Of a DNA stretch of 39,209 nt, positions 21,059-29,139 are shown piece after piece (position 1 is the stretch's first letter; every line of letters begins with the position of its first letter). The translations under genes were made by a program, and so were the position numbers. Source of the DNA: a virus (lineage: Duplodnaviria > Caudoviricetes); IMG/VR virus record IMGVR_UViG_3300025103_003469, positions 1 through 39,209 of that record, one strand, 5' to 3'. The notes beneath the pieces are model-generated. The model was not told the DNA's origin. It searched no databases and was given only the letters and a program-made list of their open reading frames with translations.

Positions 21059-21267
21059 AAATATCTAAAATATATAATAGTATAAACTATTGGTTTGGAG
21101 TAGGTAGTAGAAAAGGAAAAGGTAGGAAATGGATAGAAAAAAATTCTACTGGTCAGGGTTTGATGGTTGGTAAAGTAAACAGCAACCTTCATCAATATTG
21201 GGATAAAACTAAAAAATTAACAAACAAAGAAAGATTAGAACGAATAAGAAATAAAGAAGATGATTGA
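21025..21267 (+). CDS. Small basic hypothetical protein (start may be TTG 21055)
   Basis: Fills the gap and overlaps the next start. Confidence 0.5.
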   Translation: MGNLYRKPDNLKISKIYNSINYWFGVGSRKGKGRKWIEKNSTGQGLMVGKVNSNLHQYWDKTKKLTNKERLERIRNKEDD

Positions 21268-21646
21268 TAAAACAATAAAATTAACTGGTGAATATCCGAT
21301 AGATTGTGAAGGTATTGATATATCTGTAGAAAAAGGTAAAATAAATACTGTAGCAATAGAAGATATAATACCCCACATAAACGAAACACCAATCACAGAA
21401 CAGTCATTTATTGATTGTAAATTTGAAAGAGTAGATGTTTCGGCAGAAGAAAGTGGTGATGAGTCGTTTCATTATTATGTATATGAGTTTGGTGGTACTT
21501 ATGACCCATCATTAATTTCGGCAAAGAACTTTACAGGAGTTCAGTTATTTAATGAAGAATATAAAACTTGGTATACCGAAGGTGAATTACAAATGTTATT
21601 TATGTTGTTCTGGAAAGAAGAAAATGAATTTGGGAAAATGAAATGA
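21260..21646 (+). CDS. Acidic hypothetical protein
   Basis: 128-aa coupled ORF. Confidence 0.7.
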   Translation: MIDKTIKLTGEYPIDCEGIDISVEKGKINTVAIEDIIPHINETPITEQSFIDCKFERVDVSAEESGDESFHYYVYEFGGTYDPSLISAKNFTGVQLFNEEYKTWYTEGELQMLFMLFWKEENEFGKMK

Positions 21647-21825
21647 AAACAATAAAACTAACCGCATTTAATGACCTCGGTGATTGTGATAGACAAGATG
21701 TTAATGACTTGATTTCGACACTCGTAAGAATGGGTTATGAAGTATGGATGGAGGATGACAATTTCGTTTGTTTTAACTTGGGGAATGAAGATGTAATAAA
21801 GGATGAAAATGAACGAACCACTTGA
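21643..21825 (+). CDS. Hypothetical protein
   Basis: ATGA overlap. Confidence 0.6.
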   Translation: MKTIKLTAFNDLGDCDRQDVNDLISTLVRMGYEVWMEDDNFVCFNLGNEDVIKDENERTT

Positions 21826-21973
21826 TTTAAGTAAAAAGAGACCAGGACCGTGGGACAAAAGAAGAAAAGATATGATATTAAGAGCATTTGTTTGGCTTAT
21901 ATGCATTCCGGCATTTTGCTTTTTGTCTTGGTACGGTGTTTATAAATTGGCAATGTGGTTAATGCATGGCTAG
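21809..21973 (+). CDS. Small membrane protein (54 aa)
   Basis: Hand-translated MNEPLDLSKK...AFVWLICIPAFCFLSWYGVYKL; AAGGA RBS; one hydrophobic helix. Confidence 0.6.
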   Translation: MNEPLDLSKKRPGPWDKRRKDMILRAFVWLICIPAFCFLSWYGVYKLAMWLMHG

Positions 21974-22136
21974 AGATATGTTTGGTAATAGAAAGGTATC
22001 CAGAGGATTGTATACCCCCAAAATGGTAACTGACGCTGATATCCGAAATGGATACTTTAAAATGGTATTCTATATTTTAGCTGGATATTTATATTTTCAC
22101 TTTATAGTGATGGGTTGGAGTTTGTTAAATGATTAA
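21966..22136 (+). CDS. Small membrane protein (56 aa)
   Basis: Hand-translated MARDMFGNRK...MVFYILAGYLYFHFIVMGWSLL; overlaps the previous stop. Confidence 0.6.
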   Translation: MARDMFGNRKVSRGLYTPKMVTDADIRNGYFKMVFYILAGYLYFHFIVMGWSLLND

Positions 22137-22199
22137 CCGTATTATATTATTTGTTATACAAGCCCTTCACAAGATTTACAACTTAAATAGGAGACTCGT

Positions 22200-22550
22200 A
22201 TGAAACAAATAATAAAGGATGTATTAGATGATATGTCCACCACTCAGGTGAATTTAGGATCTGACGCAGCAAGAGAAACTATTGCAGGACTTATATCCGC
22301 TACACTTAAAGATAGAGGTAGGTGGATTGAGTTTGATGAACTAACTATTAATGGTCAACGAGCAAAAGAATCATGGGTATGTGAAATATGCGGTGAAAAT
22401 ACTTTTGAAGTAGATTATGATTATTTGGGTAGTGGCACTAACCACTTGGGCTGTGAGTTAAAACAGGAGAGCCAAGAAATTGAAGAAATAGAAGCAGAGT
22501 TGAAATCATTACCGGGTTATGTAAAAGTCATAAAGGATAATGAATTATGA
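22200..22550 (+). CDS. Hypothetical protein with possible zinc finger
   Basis: AGGAG RBS; CEICG...HLGC. Confidence 0.7.
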   Translation: MKQIIKDVLDDMSTTQVNLGSDAARETIAGLISATLKDRGRWIEFDELTINGQRAKESWVCEICGENTFEVDYDYLGSGTNHLGCELKQESQEIEEIEAELKSLPGYVKVIKDNEL

Positions 22551-22870
22551 GAAGATTATTAAGCGTTATTCATATACTATTAGTTTTAGCTGCATTTATA
22601 TTATGTACCGTCCGCAGTCAAGCTATAATAGAAATAATTCCTTATAGGATCATCCCAGCTTATGATGGGTGTGATGTGGAAATAGAAATAATAAATCCAA
22701 TTACTGATGATGGTATAATAAGCTTTCATGCAAGTGAGACCAAGGAAATAATATTGGATAGGATAATTTATGAACTAACTAGCCCACTCACATATAATGA
22801 TGTGTTTACTATAGATGGTAAACCTTACTACCTAATAAGAATACCGTACACTGGAGCTACTTGGAAATAG
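22547..22870 (+). CDS. Exported hypothetical protein
   Basis: MRR + hydrophobic stretch + SQA signal-peptide-like N-terminus. Confidence 0.65.
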   Translation: MRRLLSVIHILLVLAAFILCTVRSQAIIEIIPYRIIPAYDGCDVEIEIINPITDDGIISFHASETKEIILDRIIYELTSPLTYNDVFTIDGKPYYLIRIPYTGATWK

Positions 22871-23142
22871 TGGAAAAACGAAAATATAATATCGGTGGAG
22901 TTATGGTGGAAACCGACAATAGTGTTCCTAATAAGTTTAGGGTTCTTAAAATGGCTATGGATAATTGGGCAAGGAAGAATCATCTGCTATCTATTGATTC
23001 TCCTAAAGGTAGGAAGTATGGTGATGACGTAGATAGGTATAATAAATTAAAAGAGTTATTTGAATTTCATAAACCAAATTTTATTAAACCATTTCATATG
23101 GTTGAATTAAACAAAATGTTTAAGATGTATAATAATGGATGA
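22861..23142 (+). CDS. Hypothetical protein
   Basis: GGAG upstream; coupled ORF; start uncertain. Confidence 0.6.
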   Translation: MEIVEKRKYNIGGVMVETDNSVPNKFRVLKMAMDNWARKNHLLSIDSPKGRKYGDDVDRYNKLKELFEFHKPNFIKPFHMVELNKMFKMYNNG

Positions 23143-23386
23143 CAAATTACAAGAACTATTAACAATCACTATGGAAGAGTGTGGTGAGTTGATTCAACAA
23201 TGCAGTAAAGCAATTCGGTGTGATGATTACCACAATAACGAAAAACTAACTGAAGAAGTTGGTGATGTTATGTGTATGATAGAATTGTTACACGAATATG
23301 ATTTGATTAGTTGGACAGATGTTGATGAGAGAGTATTGGAGAAGAAAAAGAAATTAAAAAAATGGAGTGGTTTGATTGAAGATTAA
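23135..23386 (+). CDS. MazG-like NTP pyrophosphohydrolase
   Basis: EECGEL...EEVGDV (ExxE...ExxD) motif. Confidence 0.8.
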   Translation: MDDKLQELLTITMEECGELIQQCSKAIRCDDYHNNEKLTEEVGDVMCMIELLHEYDLISWTDVDERVLEKKKKLKKWSGLIED

Positions 23387-24584
23387 TTTAACATACGATG
23401 ATGTAAATATTATTCCAAAATATTCAGAATTAAAATCTCGCGAAGATGTAAATCTTAATACACGATTTACAAAGAATACAGAATTGACTATTCCAATAGT
23501 TGCATCACCAATGGACACCGTAACTGAAGTAGATATGGCAAAGGAAATGTTAGAGTGGGGTGGAGTTGGTGTTATACATAGATTTATGTCTATTGAAAAA
23601 CAATCCCAGATGATGAAATCAGTTTGGAGAATTTGGGATAGTTATTTTAAACCAATACCAGGAATTACAGATGATACAGAAAGAACATTAGAAACTGAAT
23701 GGCAAGAATGGTGGGATAGTGTAAAACATTGGAATAGCCCACCAACAAAATCGGATTGGGATGATTTAAAAGAAAGATTTTGGTTTGCAGATAATTCCAT
23801 TCGTGATGAAAAGATTTGGTCTAAACGACCACTGTGTGCCGCGATAGGAGTTACGGGTGATTACTTTGAGAGAGCACAAGAATTAGTAAAAAACGGATGT
23901 AATGTATTACTTATAGATGTGGCACATGGACATCACGTTTTAGTTAAAAATGCCATAGAGGAGTTAAAAAATGAATTTGGAGAAAATGTTGAAATCATCG
24001 GGGGTTCGATTGCCACGGCAGAAGCAGCGAGAGATTTATGCGAATGGGGAGTTGATGGTATCCGAGCTGGAATCGGAAATGGTTCACTATGTGAAACGAG
24101 AATCAGAACGGGTATCGGGATTCCACAGGTTAGTGCTCTTTTGGATATATGTTCCACTGCTGATATTTTTGGTGTCCCTGTCAATGCTGATGGTGGCATT
24201 CGCAATATCGGTGATGTTTGTAAAGGATTGGCTTGTGGGGCTGACACGATTATGTTGGGTAGTTTGTTATCGGGGACTAAAGAAAGTCCAGGGAATATTG
24301 AAAAAATAGGAGAATGGCCCAATGAAAAGCTATACAAGAAATATAGAGGAAGTGCTTCTCTTGATAGCAAGACAGACCGAGGAGAATCTAAAAACGTGGA
24401 AGGAAACTCTAAAATCATCCCATACAAGGGTAAGGTCAAGCGGATTATATCTGATATTAGTGATGGTATTCGCTCATCTTGTTCATATGTTGGCGCGGGT
24501 GATATATTGGATTTTCAATCAAAATGTGAATTCGTCAGAGTCACCCAAGCAGGTACACTCGAAGCAAAACCACACTTATTATGA
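23376..24584 (+). CDS. IMP dehydrogenase/GMP reductase family enzyme
   Basis: LTYDDV, ASPMDTVT, IDVAHGH, GIGNGSLCETR (catalytic Cys), ADGGI, MLGSLL. guaB versus guaC is unresolved. Confidence 0.9.
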   Translation: MKINLTYDDVNIIPKYSELKSREDVNLNTRFTKNTELTIPIVASPMDTVTEVDMAKEMLEWGGVGVIHRFMSIEKQSQMMKSVWRIWDSYFKPIPGITDDTERTLETEWQEWWDSVKHWNSPPTKSDWDDLKERFWFADNSIRDEKIWSKRPLCAAIGVTGDYFERAQELVKNGCNVLLIDVAHGHHVLVKNAIEELKNEFGENVEIIGGSIATAEAARDLCEWGVDGIRAGIGNGSLCETRIRTGIGIPQVSALLDICSTADIFGVPVNADGGIRNIGDVCKGLACGADTIMLGSLLSGTKESPGNIEKIGEWPNEKLYKKYRGSASLDSKTDRGESKNVEGNSKIIPYKGKVKRIISDISDGIRSSCSYVGAGDILDFQSKCEFVRVTQAGTLEAKPHLL

Positions 24585-24615
24585 TTATGAATCACCAATT
24601 AAATGGTGAGTTGTT

Positions 24616-24771
24616 GTGAAGAAAAGAAAAAAAAGAAAATTAAATAGAACTTTGACTATGAGTGACTTTCCAATTCCAACTACTAAAGTACAGATGGATA
24701 AGAGAAAGAAAACTAGACAACAACAAAAAATTAATATAAAAAAACAAGTTGATGAAGAAAGAAACACCTAA
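24616..24771 (+). CDS. Small basic protein (51 aa)
   Basis: Hand-translated from GTG: MKKRKKRKLNRTLTMSDFPIPTTKVQMDKRKKTRQ... Confidence 0.5.
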   Translation: MKKRKKRKLNRTLTMSDFPIPTTKVQMDKRKKTRQQQKINIKKQVDEERNT

Positions 24772-24907
24772 ATATTCAGATGCCGGTAAGGGTGATAAGC
24801 CAAGACAATCAATATCACCTATTGAATGGTCAAAGAGGTGGGACCAGATATTTAAACCACAAATTAGTGGCAGTAAACCAAAAAACAACATGAGGAAAGT
24901 AAAATGA
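24752..24907 (+). CDS. Small phage protein of the GKGxKPR...WDxIF type
   Basis: Hand-translated MKKETPKYSDAGKGDKPRQSISPIEWSKRWDQIF. Confidence 0.7.
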   Translation: MKKETPKYSDAGKGDKPRQSISPIEWSKRWDQIFKPQISGSKPKNNMRKVK

Positions 24908-25038
24908 GTAATTTCACAAAAGCAATAGAAACTCTTATGGAATGGATAGGACATGATAAACGCTCTGGAGATGATCGTAGAGTAAAAGTGAGTAAACGAA
25001 AAACAACAAAAAGAAAAGTCGCTCGGAGAAAGAAATAA
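24904..25038 (+). CDS. Small basic protein (44 aa)
   Basis: ATGA and TAATG overlaps; GAGG RBS. Confidence 0.6.
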   Translation: MSNFTKAIETLMEWIGHDKRSGDDRRVKVSKRKTTKRKVARRKK

Positions 25039-25643
25039 TGGTTTTAGATAGTCTATTAGCAGGAGTTATGTTATTTGGCTCATACGCCGTAAGAACACCA
25101 AATGTACAACCAAATCCAGATGATTATGAGGTCAGTATAGGAGTAGAGCATAAATCATTTTATGTCAATCGTCAATGGGAACGAGAACTTGGTGAAAAGT
25201 ACATTGATGATTTGGTCTGGTTAAAGATAGATGCGGCTGATGTGTATTTTAAACCAGAGTATATGAACAAGGAAAGTAAATCTATTAAATATGCTAAAAT
25301 TGATTGGCGTAAAACTTGGAAAGATTTATCGTATGGATTTACTAGCCGAAATGATGATGATAATGTATTCAGTAAAAATTTCGAGACATTCATTTCTTTT
25401 GGTGTGAACAAAAAGAAATCTTATAAGTGGATACATCCAATAGATGTAGAAGTTTCGTTTGATGGTTATCTACCACCGGATGAAAATAGTAATGTTAATT
25501 CAAGTAATTTTGAATATGAAAATAAATTTAAAATAAGCTGGAAACTTACAGATAAGATTACCTTGTATAATTTAGGTGAGATATCCAAACTTCAAGGTAA
25601 AGAATTTTATAAAGGCAAGATAGGTTTAGAATATATTTTTTAA
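25038..25643 (+). CDS. Putative outer-membrane beta-barrel protein
   Basis: Hydrophobic N-terminus, alternating amphipathic strands, terminal KGKIGLEYIF with C-terminal Phe. Confidence 0.55.
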   Translation: MVLDSLLAGVMLFGSYAVRTPNVQPNPDDYEVSIGVEHKSFYVNRQWERELGEKYIDDLVWLKIDAADVYFKPEYMNKESKSIKYAKIDWRKTWKDLSYGFTSRNDDDNVFSKNFETFISFGVNKKKSYKWIHPIDVEVSFDGYLPPDENSNVNSSNFEYENKFKISWKLTDKITLYNLGEISKLQGKEFYKGKIGLEYIF

Positions 25644-25670
25644 TATTTATTACAGTAAGGAAATATTTTT

Positions 25671-25781
25671 ATGAATTACATCATTAGAAATTCAGAGTTA
25701 CAGACACACACTTCAATCACAACTGATTGGAGTAGTTCCACATCTTATCAATTAAAGTTTACTTTTATTTACAAAAAATAA
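25671..25781 (+). CDS. Possible 36-aa peptide
   Basis: AAGGA upstream; MNYIIRNSELQTHTSITTDWSSSTSYQLKFTFIYKK. Confidence 0.4.
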   Translation: MNYIIRNSELQTHTSITTDWSSSTSYQLKFTFIYKK

Positions 25782-25791
25782 AATATTTTAC

Positions 25792-25820
25792 TTGACTTTA
25801 AGTAAATTTATTTGTAATAT
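25792..25820 (+). promoter_or_regulatory. Sigma70-type promoter
   Basis: TTGACT-17 bp-TAATAT. Confidence 0.55.
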
Positions 25821-25842
25821 ACTAATTATGAAGGAAAATAAA

Positions 25843-26079
25843 ATGAATAGAAGTTCGATTTGGTCAAACGAGAGAGCAGAGATAGCAACTTGGTTATCTG
25901 GCTATTTGGCTATGATAAAAAAATGGGTTGATAAGATTCTTGACAATGAACATCATGAAGTTGATAAAAATAAGATTATTAAATTAATTGATGAGTGGAT
26001 AGCTTGGTTAGAGGAAACTAAATTAAAAATCATGATGATGAAAGATACGGATCCTGAAATAAAAAAAGAAAAGGAATAG
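25843..26079 (+). CDS. Hypothetical helical protein (alternative start 25828)
   Basis: AAGGA RBS before ATG 25843; the track's TTG start is the -35 box. Confidence 0.65.
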   Translation: MNRSSIWSNERAEIATWLSGYLAMIKKWVDKILDNEHHEVDKNKIIKLIDEWIAWLEETKLKIMMMKDTDPEIKKEKE

Positions 26080-26082
26080 TAA

Positions 26083-26505
26083 ATGAAAAGGTTATTGGTT
26101 TTTGTATTTTTGTTTTTAATTGGATGTGAAGATACAAGAGAGCCAGGTTGTGGGGGGTGTGGATTGGAAATCTATTCTTCCTTAGACACGGCATCAACTG
26201 GTAATTATCTTTTAGAATATAATGAAGATTTGGCTCAAACCTACATCATGCTACATGCCACTACAGAATGTGGTTGGTCACAACATCTACAATGGGACAC
26301 GGATTATCAATATTTAATAAATACCGATTGGGTTAGTTTAGTCAACCCAGCAAGCATGACAGACGAAGATGGTGATGCTAACGTGATGTTTGCCACTTGG
26401 GAAGAATTCATAGGACATACTATAACTGTATATTGTGGGTATACAGACGATTGTGGAGTACATCATCTGGATTCACTTAAAATAACAATAATTAATGGGA
26501 GATAA
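26083..26505 (+). CDS. Putative lipoprotein
   Basis: MKR-hydrophobic-LIGC lipobox. Confidence 0.75.
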   Translation: MKRLLVFVFLFLIGCEDTREPGCGGCGLEIYSSLDTASTGNYLLEYNEDLAQTYIMLHATTECGWSQHLQWDTDYQYLINTDWVSLVNPASMTDEDGDANVMFATWEEFIGHTITVYCGYTDDCGVHHLDSLKITIINGR

Positions 26506-26507
26506 TA

Positions 26508-26765
26508 ATGAAATATGTGCTAGTTGATACGGAAGATAATATTATAGATAGGGTAGATTTGGGTAGTGATGTCGGGGTGAGTGGAGCGAAAACTTATTTT
26601 ATAAGAAGGAAACAAATAGAAGAAAAAGAATTTGATAAGTTATGGAAAGTAATGAGTGAGAAAGTATACGACCAGACCCTGAGAAATTCAATACGTTTAA
26701 ATGGATCATATCACCAACATGAGTGGTGGAAAGATGATGGTTATTTAGACATAGACAAAGAATAA
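26508..26765 (+). CDS. Hypothetical protein
   Basis: GGAG RBS. Confidence 0.7.
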   Translation: MKYVLVDTEDNIIDRVDLGSDVGVSGAKTYFIRRKQIEEKEFDKLWKVMSEKVYDQTLRNSIRLNGSYHQHEWWKDDGYLDIDKE

Positions 26766-26769
26766 TATC

Positions 26770-26846
26770 TGTTATTTTGTCATATTATAATTAATGGTAT
26801 AATTATTGTACTATTATATGTAGAGTATCGCCACCAAGTGGGATAC
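26770..26846 (+). promoter_or_regulatory. hsp20 promoter region and leader hairpin
   Basis: TGGTATAAT (extended -10) at 26795-26803; hairpin GTATC-g-CCAC/caa/GTGG-GATAC at 26825-26846. Confidence 0.55.
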
Positions 26847-26886
26847 CGTTAGTTCAAATGAATAACAAACAATACAGGAGAAAACA

Positions 26887-27348
26887 ATGACTAGAATATT
26901 AGTAAACCCACAACATTTCAACCGAGATGAATTTTTAACACCCTTTGACCGAATATTTGACGAATTGATGAGTAAGCAATTCCCCAATTTTCAAGAAGAG
27001 GTTGGTGTATCTTTCAATAAGGGTTCTTACCCAAAGGTGAATGTATACGAATACGATGATAAACTGGGTATCGTAGCTGAAATACCAGGACTGGATAAGA
27101 AGAATGTATCGGTAGAAGTTGAAGAGGACGTGTTAACTATATCAGGGGATAAACATGGTTTTGAAGATGATGGTGCTAAATGTATAACCAGAGAATTAAA
27201 ACATTCTTCATTTAAGAGGTCCTTTAATTTGGGAGAACATTTAGATGGAGATGGTGTTAGTGCTAGTTTTAAAGATGGCATGCTGTCAATATCAATACCC
27301 AAAAAGGAACCAGTTGTTCCTAAAAAACATTCGGTTAAGATTGGATAA
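26887..27348 (+). CDS. hsp20: Small heat-shock protein (Hsp20/alpha-crystallin)
   Basis: PKVNV, AEIPG, LTISG, FKRSFNL, ASFKDGMLSISIPK; AGGAG RBS. Confidence 0.93.
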   Translation: MTRILVNPQHFNRDEFLTPFDRIFDELMSKQFPNFQEEVGVSFNKGSYPKVNVYEYDDKLGIVAEIPGLDKKNVSVEVEEDVLTISGDKHGFEDDGAKCITRELKHSSFKRSFNLGEHLDGDGVSASFKDGMLSISIPKKEPVVPKKHSVKIG

Positions 27349-27354
27349 TATTGA

Positions 27355-27540
27355 ATGAATAACAAACTCATCAATATAAATGATGACGGTTATATTGTTC
27401 TTGGGAAAGTATCGGTTAATACCAGATTTACAACTGAAGAGTTGAAAAGTCAATGGGTATTAGCGGATACTATCCTAAGAAATAATGATGAGTTTTATAT
27501 TTGTATGAAAATAATAGATGTAGAATTTTATGACATTTAA
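27355..27540 (+). CDS. Hypothetical protein
   Basis: 61-aa ORF filling the gap. Confidence 0.6.
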   Translation: MNNKLININDDGYIVLGKVSVNTRFTTEELKSQWVLADTILRNNDEFYICMKIIDVEFYDI

Positions 27541-27543
27541 TGC

Positions 27544-27573
27544 TTGACTTATATAGTTATTATAAAGTATATT
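27544..27573 (+). promoter_or_regulatory. Sigma70-type promoter
   Basis: TTGACT-18 bp-TATATT. Confidence 0.6.
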
Positions 27574-27579
27574 AGTGTC

Positions 27580-27984
27580 ATGAAGAAAAAACAAAAACAA
27601 CCAGAATACAATGAAAAAGGAGTTCGTTATATGATGTGTCAATGTGGAGAATACATTTCAGTTGGTGATGATGCCATTGGAGTGAAATGTTCAACTGAAG
27701 TCAATAGGAATGTGATGGCTATGTTTCCTGAATTACATGAAGATAAACCAACAAGAAAATCAACAGGTCGTCCAGCTGGATGGCACTTTATGAATGAGTT
27801 CGTAGATAAGGATGGTAATGTGTTTCATAAAGGTAAGGAACAACCAAAGTTGTTTGGTACTTTACCAATCACTAAGGTTCAACCTAAAAAGAAAACTAAA
27901 CGAAGAACAAAGGAGCAGATACTTATTGCTAGACATAAGAAGAAAAAGCTGGCTTTGAAGAAGGCAAAGTTGAGTAAGAATTGA
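27580..27984 (+). CDS. Basic hypothetical protein with Cys cluster
   Basis: ATG 27580 (the track's TTG is the -35 box); CQCG...KC; GRPAGWHF. Confidence 0.7.
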   Translation: MKKKQKQPEYNEKGVRYMMCQCGEYISVGDDAIGVKCSTEVNRNVMAMFPELHEDKPTRKSTGRPAGWHFMNEFVDKDGNVFHKGKEQPKLFGTLPITKVQPKKKTKRRTKEQILIARHKKKKLALKKAKLSKN

Positions 27985-28259
27985 AAAACAAACCATTGAA
28001 TAGGAATTACTTTAAATACAAAGATAAACCTAAAAAGAAAGATGAAAAAGAATTGACATCTTGTTGCGGACAATCAGCTGATCACAAAGTTTTGAATGTC
28101 AATGACAAAGAAGATTGGAAATTGATAGAAGATCGTATAGAAGAACACCTACGGGTGTATTCTGGCGTAAGTGCAGTAACACCGGTATCTTGTGAAAATT
28201 GTGGTAGGTTATTACGATATTCCAGTAAGTTGAAACAAGATAAAAAACATTGGAGATAA
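27981..28259 (+). CDS. Hypothetical zinc-ribbon protein
   Basis: SCCG...CENCG; TTGA overlap. Confidence 0.6.
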   Translation: MKNKPLNRNYFKYKDKPKKKDEKELTSCCGQSADHKVLNVNDKEDWKLIEDRIEEHLRVYSGVSAVTPVSCENCGRLLRYSSKLKQDKKHWR

Positions 28260-28262
28260 GTA

Positions 28263-28778
28263 ATGGCAAAAAAACCTGCGTCGTTTGAATACAACGGCAC
28301 ATTAGTTAGAGTTTTAGATGGAGATACGATCGATTGCTATATTGATCTTGGTTTCGATCTCAAAATAAAGAAGAGAATTCGTTACATGGGTATTGATACT
28401 TGGGAAAGTAGAACCCGTGATAAAGAAGAAAAAGTTAAAGGACTTGCAGCTAAAGCTCGTAATAAAGAGTTGTTAGAGGCAGGAACTTTTAAAATTAAAA
28501 GTTTCGGAACGGGAAAGTTCGGAAGAGTATTAGGTGAGATTTTTGTATCACCAGATGCAGTAGGACACGAGATATCAGAAAATGTTGATAAGTCAGCTGA
28601 TGGTTTGGTAAGTATTAATGATATTCTAATTAATGAAGGACACGCTTATGATTATCATGGTGGTAAGAAAAAAGATTTCAAGGCAGAAGCTAAGAAAGAA
28701 ATAGAAGCTGAAAAGGCAGGTAAGAAAGAAGATAAGGTAGATAAACCCGCCGAAGAAGCTTTTGAAGAAGGAAAATAA
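28263..28778 (+). CDS. Staphylococcal nuclease-like (thermonuclease) protein
   Basis: RVLDGDTID, RIRYMGIDTWE, GKFGRVLG, LINEGHA. Confidence 0.88.
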   Translation: MAKKPASFEYNGTLVRVLDGDTIDCYIDLGFDLKIKKRIRYMGIDTWESRTRDKEEKVKGLAAKARNKELLEAGTFKIKSFGTGKFGRVLGEIFVSPDAVGHEISENVDKSADGLVSINDILINEGHAYDYHGGKKKDFKAEAKKEIEAEKAGKKEDKVDKPAEEAFEEGK

Positions 28779-28782
28779 TAAT

Positions 28783-28902
28783 ATGGATTTTATTATAGAT
28801 TTTATTAAAGGTAGTTGGCCAGTATTTTTCTGTTTATATGTCGTACATCAAATAGAAATATTAGATTGGTTAGCAGAAAAGATAGCAAAAATACTACCGT
28901 AA
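28783..28902 (+). CDS. Small hydrophobic protein (39 aa)
   Basis: Hand-translated MDFIIDFIKGSWPVFFCLYVVHQIEILDWLAEKIAKILP; AAGGA upstream. Confidence 0.55.
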   Translation: MDFIIDFIKGSWPVFFCLYVVHQIEILDWLAEKIAKILP

Positions 28903-28920
28903 ATTAACTAAGAGGTTATA

Positions 28921-29067
28921 ATGGCAAAAGCTAAAGGTGGTTTTGACGATTTAAATAGAGACAAAACTAGAAAAAAAACAAGACAGGGGTTAGGTCGTGC
29001 CACAAAGTATAGTACTAGAGTGGGCTCTAAGCGATTTAAGAAAAAATACCGCGGTCAGGGTAAGTGA
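28921..29067 (+). CDS. Small basic phage protein of the KKTRQG...KKYRGQG type (48 aa)
   Basis: Hand-translated; GAGG RBS; motif familiar from marine phages. Confidence 0.75.
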   Translation: MAKAKGGFDDLNRDKTRKKTRQGLGRATKYSTRVGSKRFKKKYRGQGK

Positions 29068-29085
29068 AAAAATCTTGATTGTTTT

Positions 29086-29127
29086 TAGGTCAATGGTAAT
29101 ACTTATATATGATAGGTCAATGGTAAT
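29086..29127 (+). repeat. 15-bp direct repeat TAGGTCAATGGTAAT x2
   Basis: Copies at 29086-29100 and 29113-29127. Confidence 0.9.
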
Positions 29128-29139
29128 TGGAGAACATAA

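Noticed and set aside
22129-22203. 24-codon ORF MINRIILFVIQ... overlapping both neighbours
   Set aside because: Plausible but too short to support without homologs.
29075-29103. Sigma70 promoter starting at TTGATT
   Set aside because: No TAnnnT at 16-18 bp spacing, unlike the six accepted promoters.
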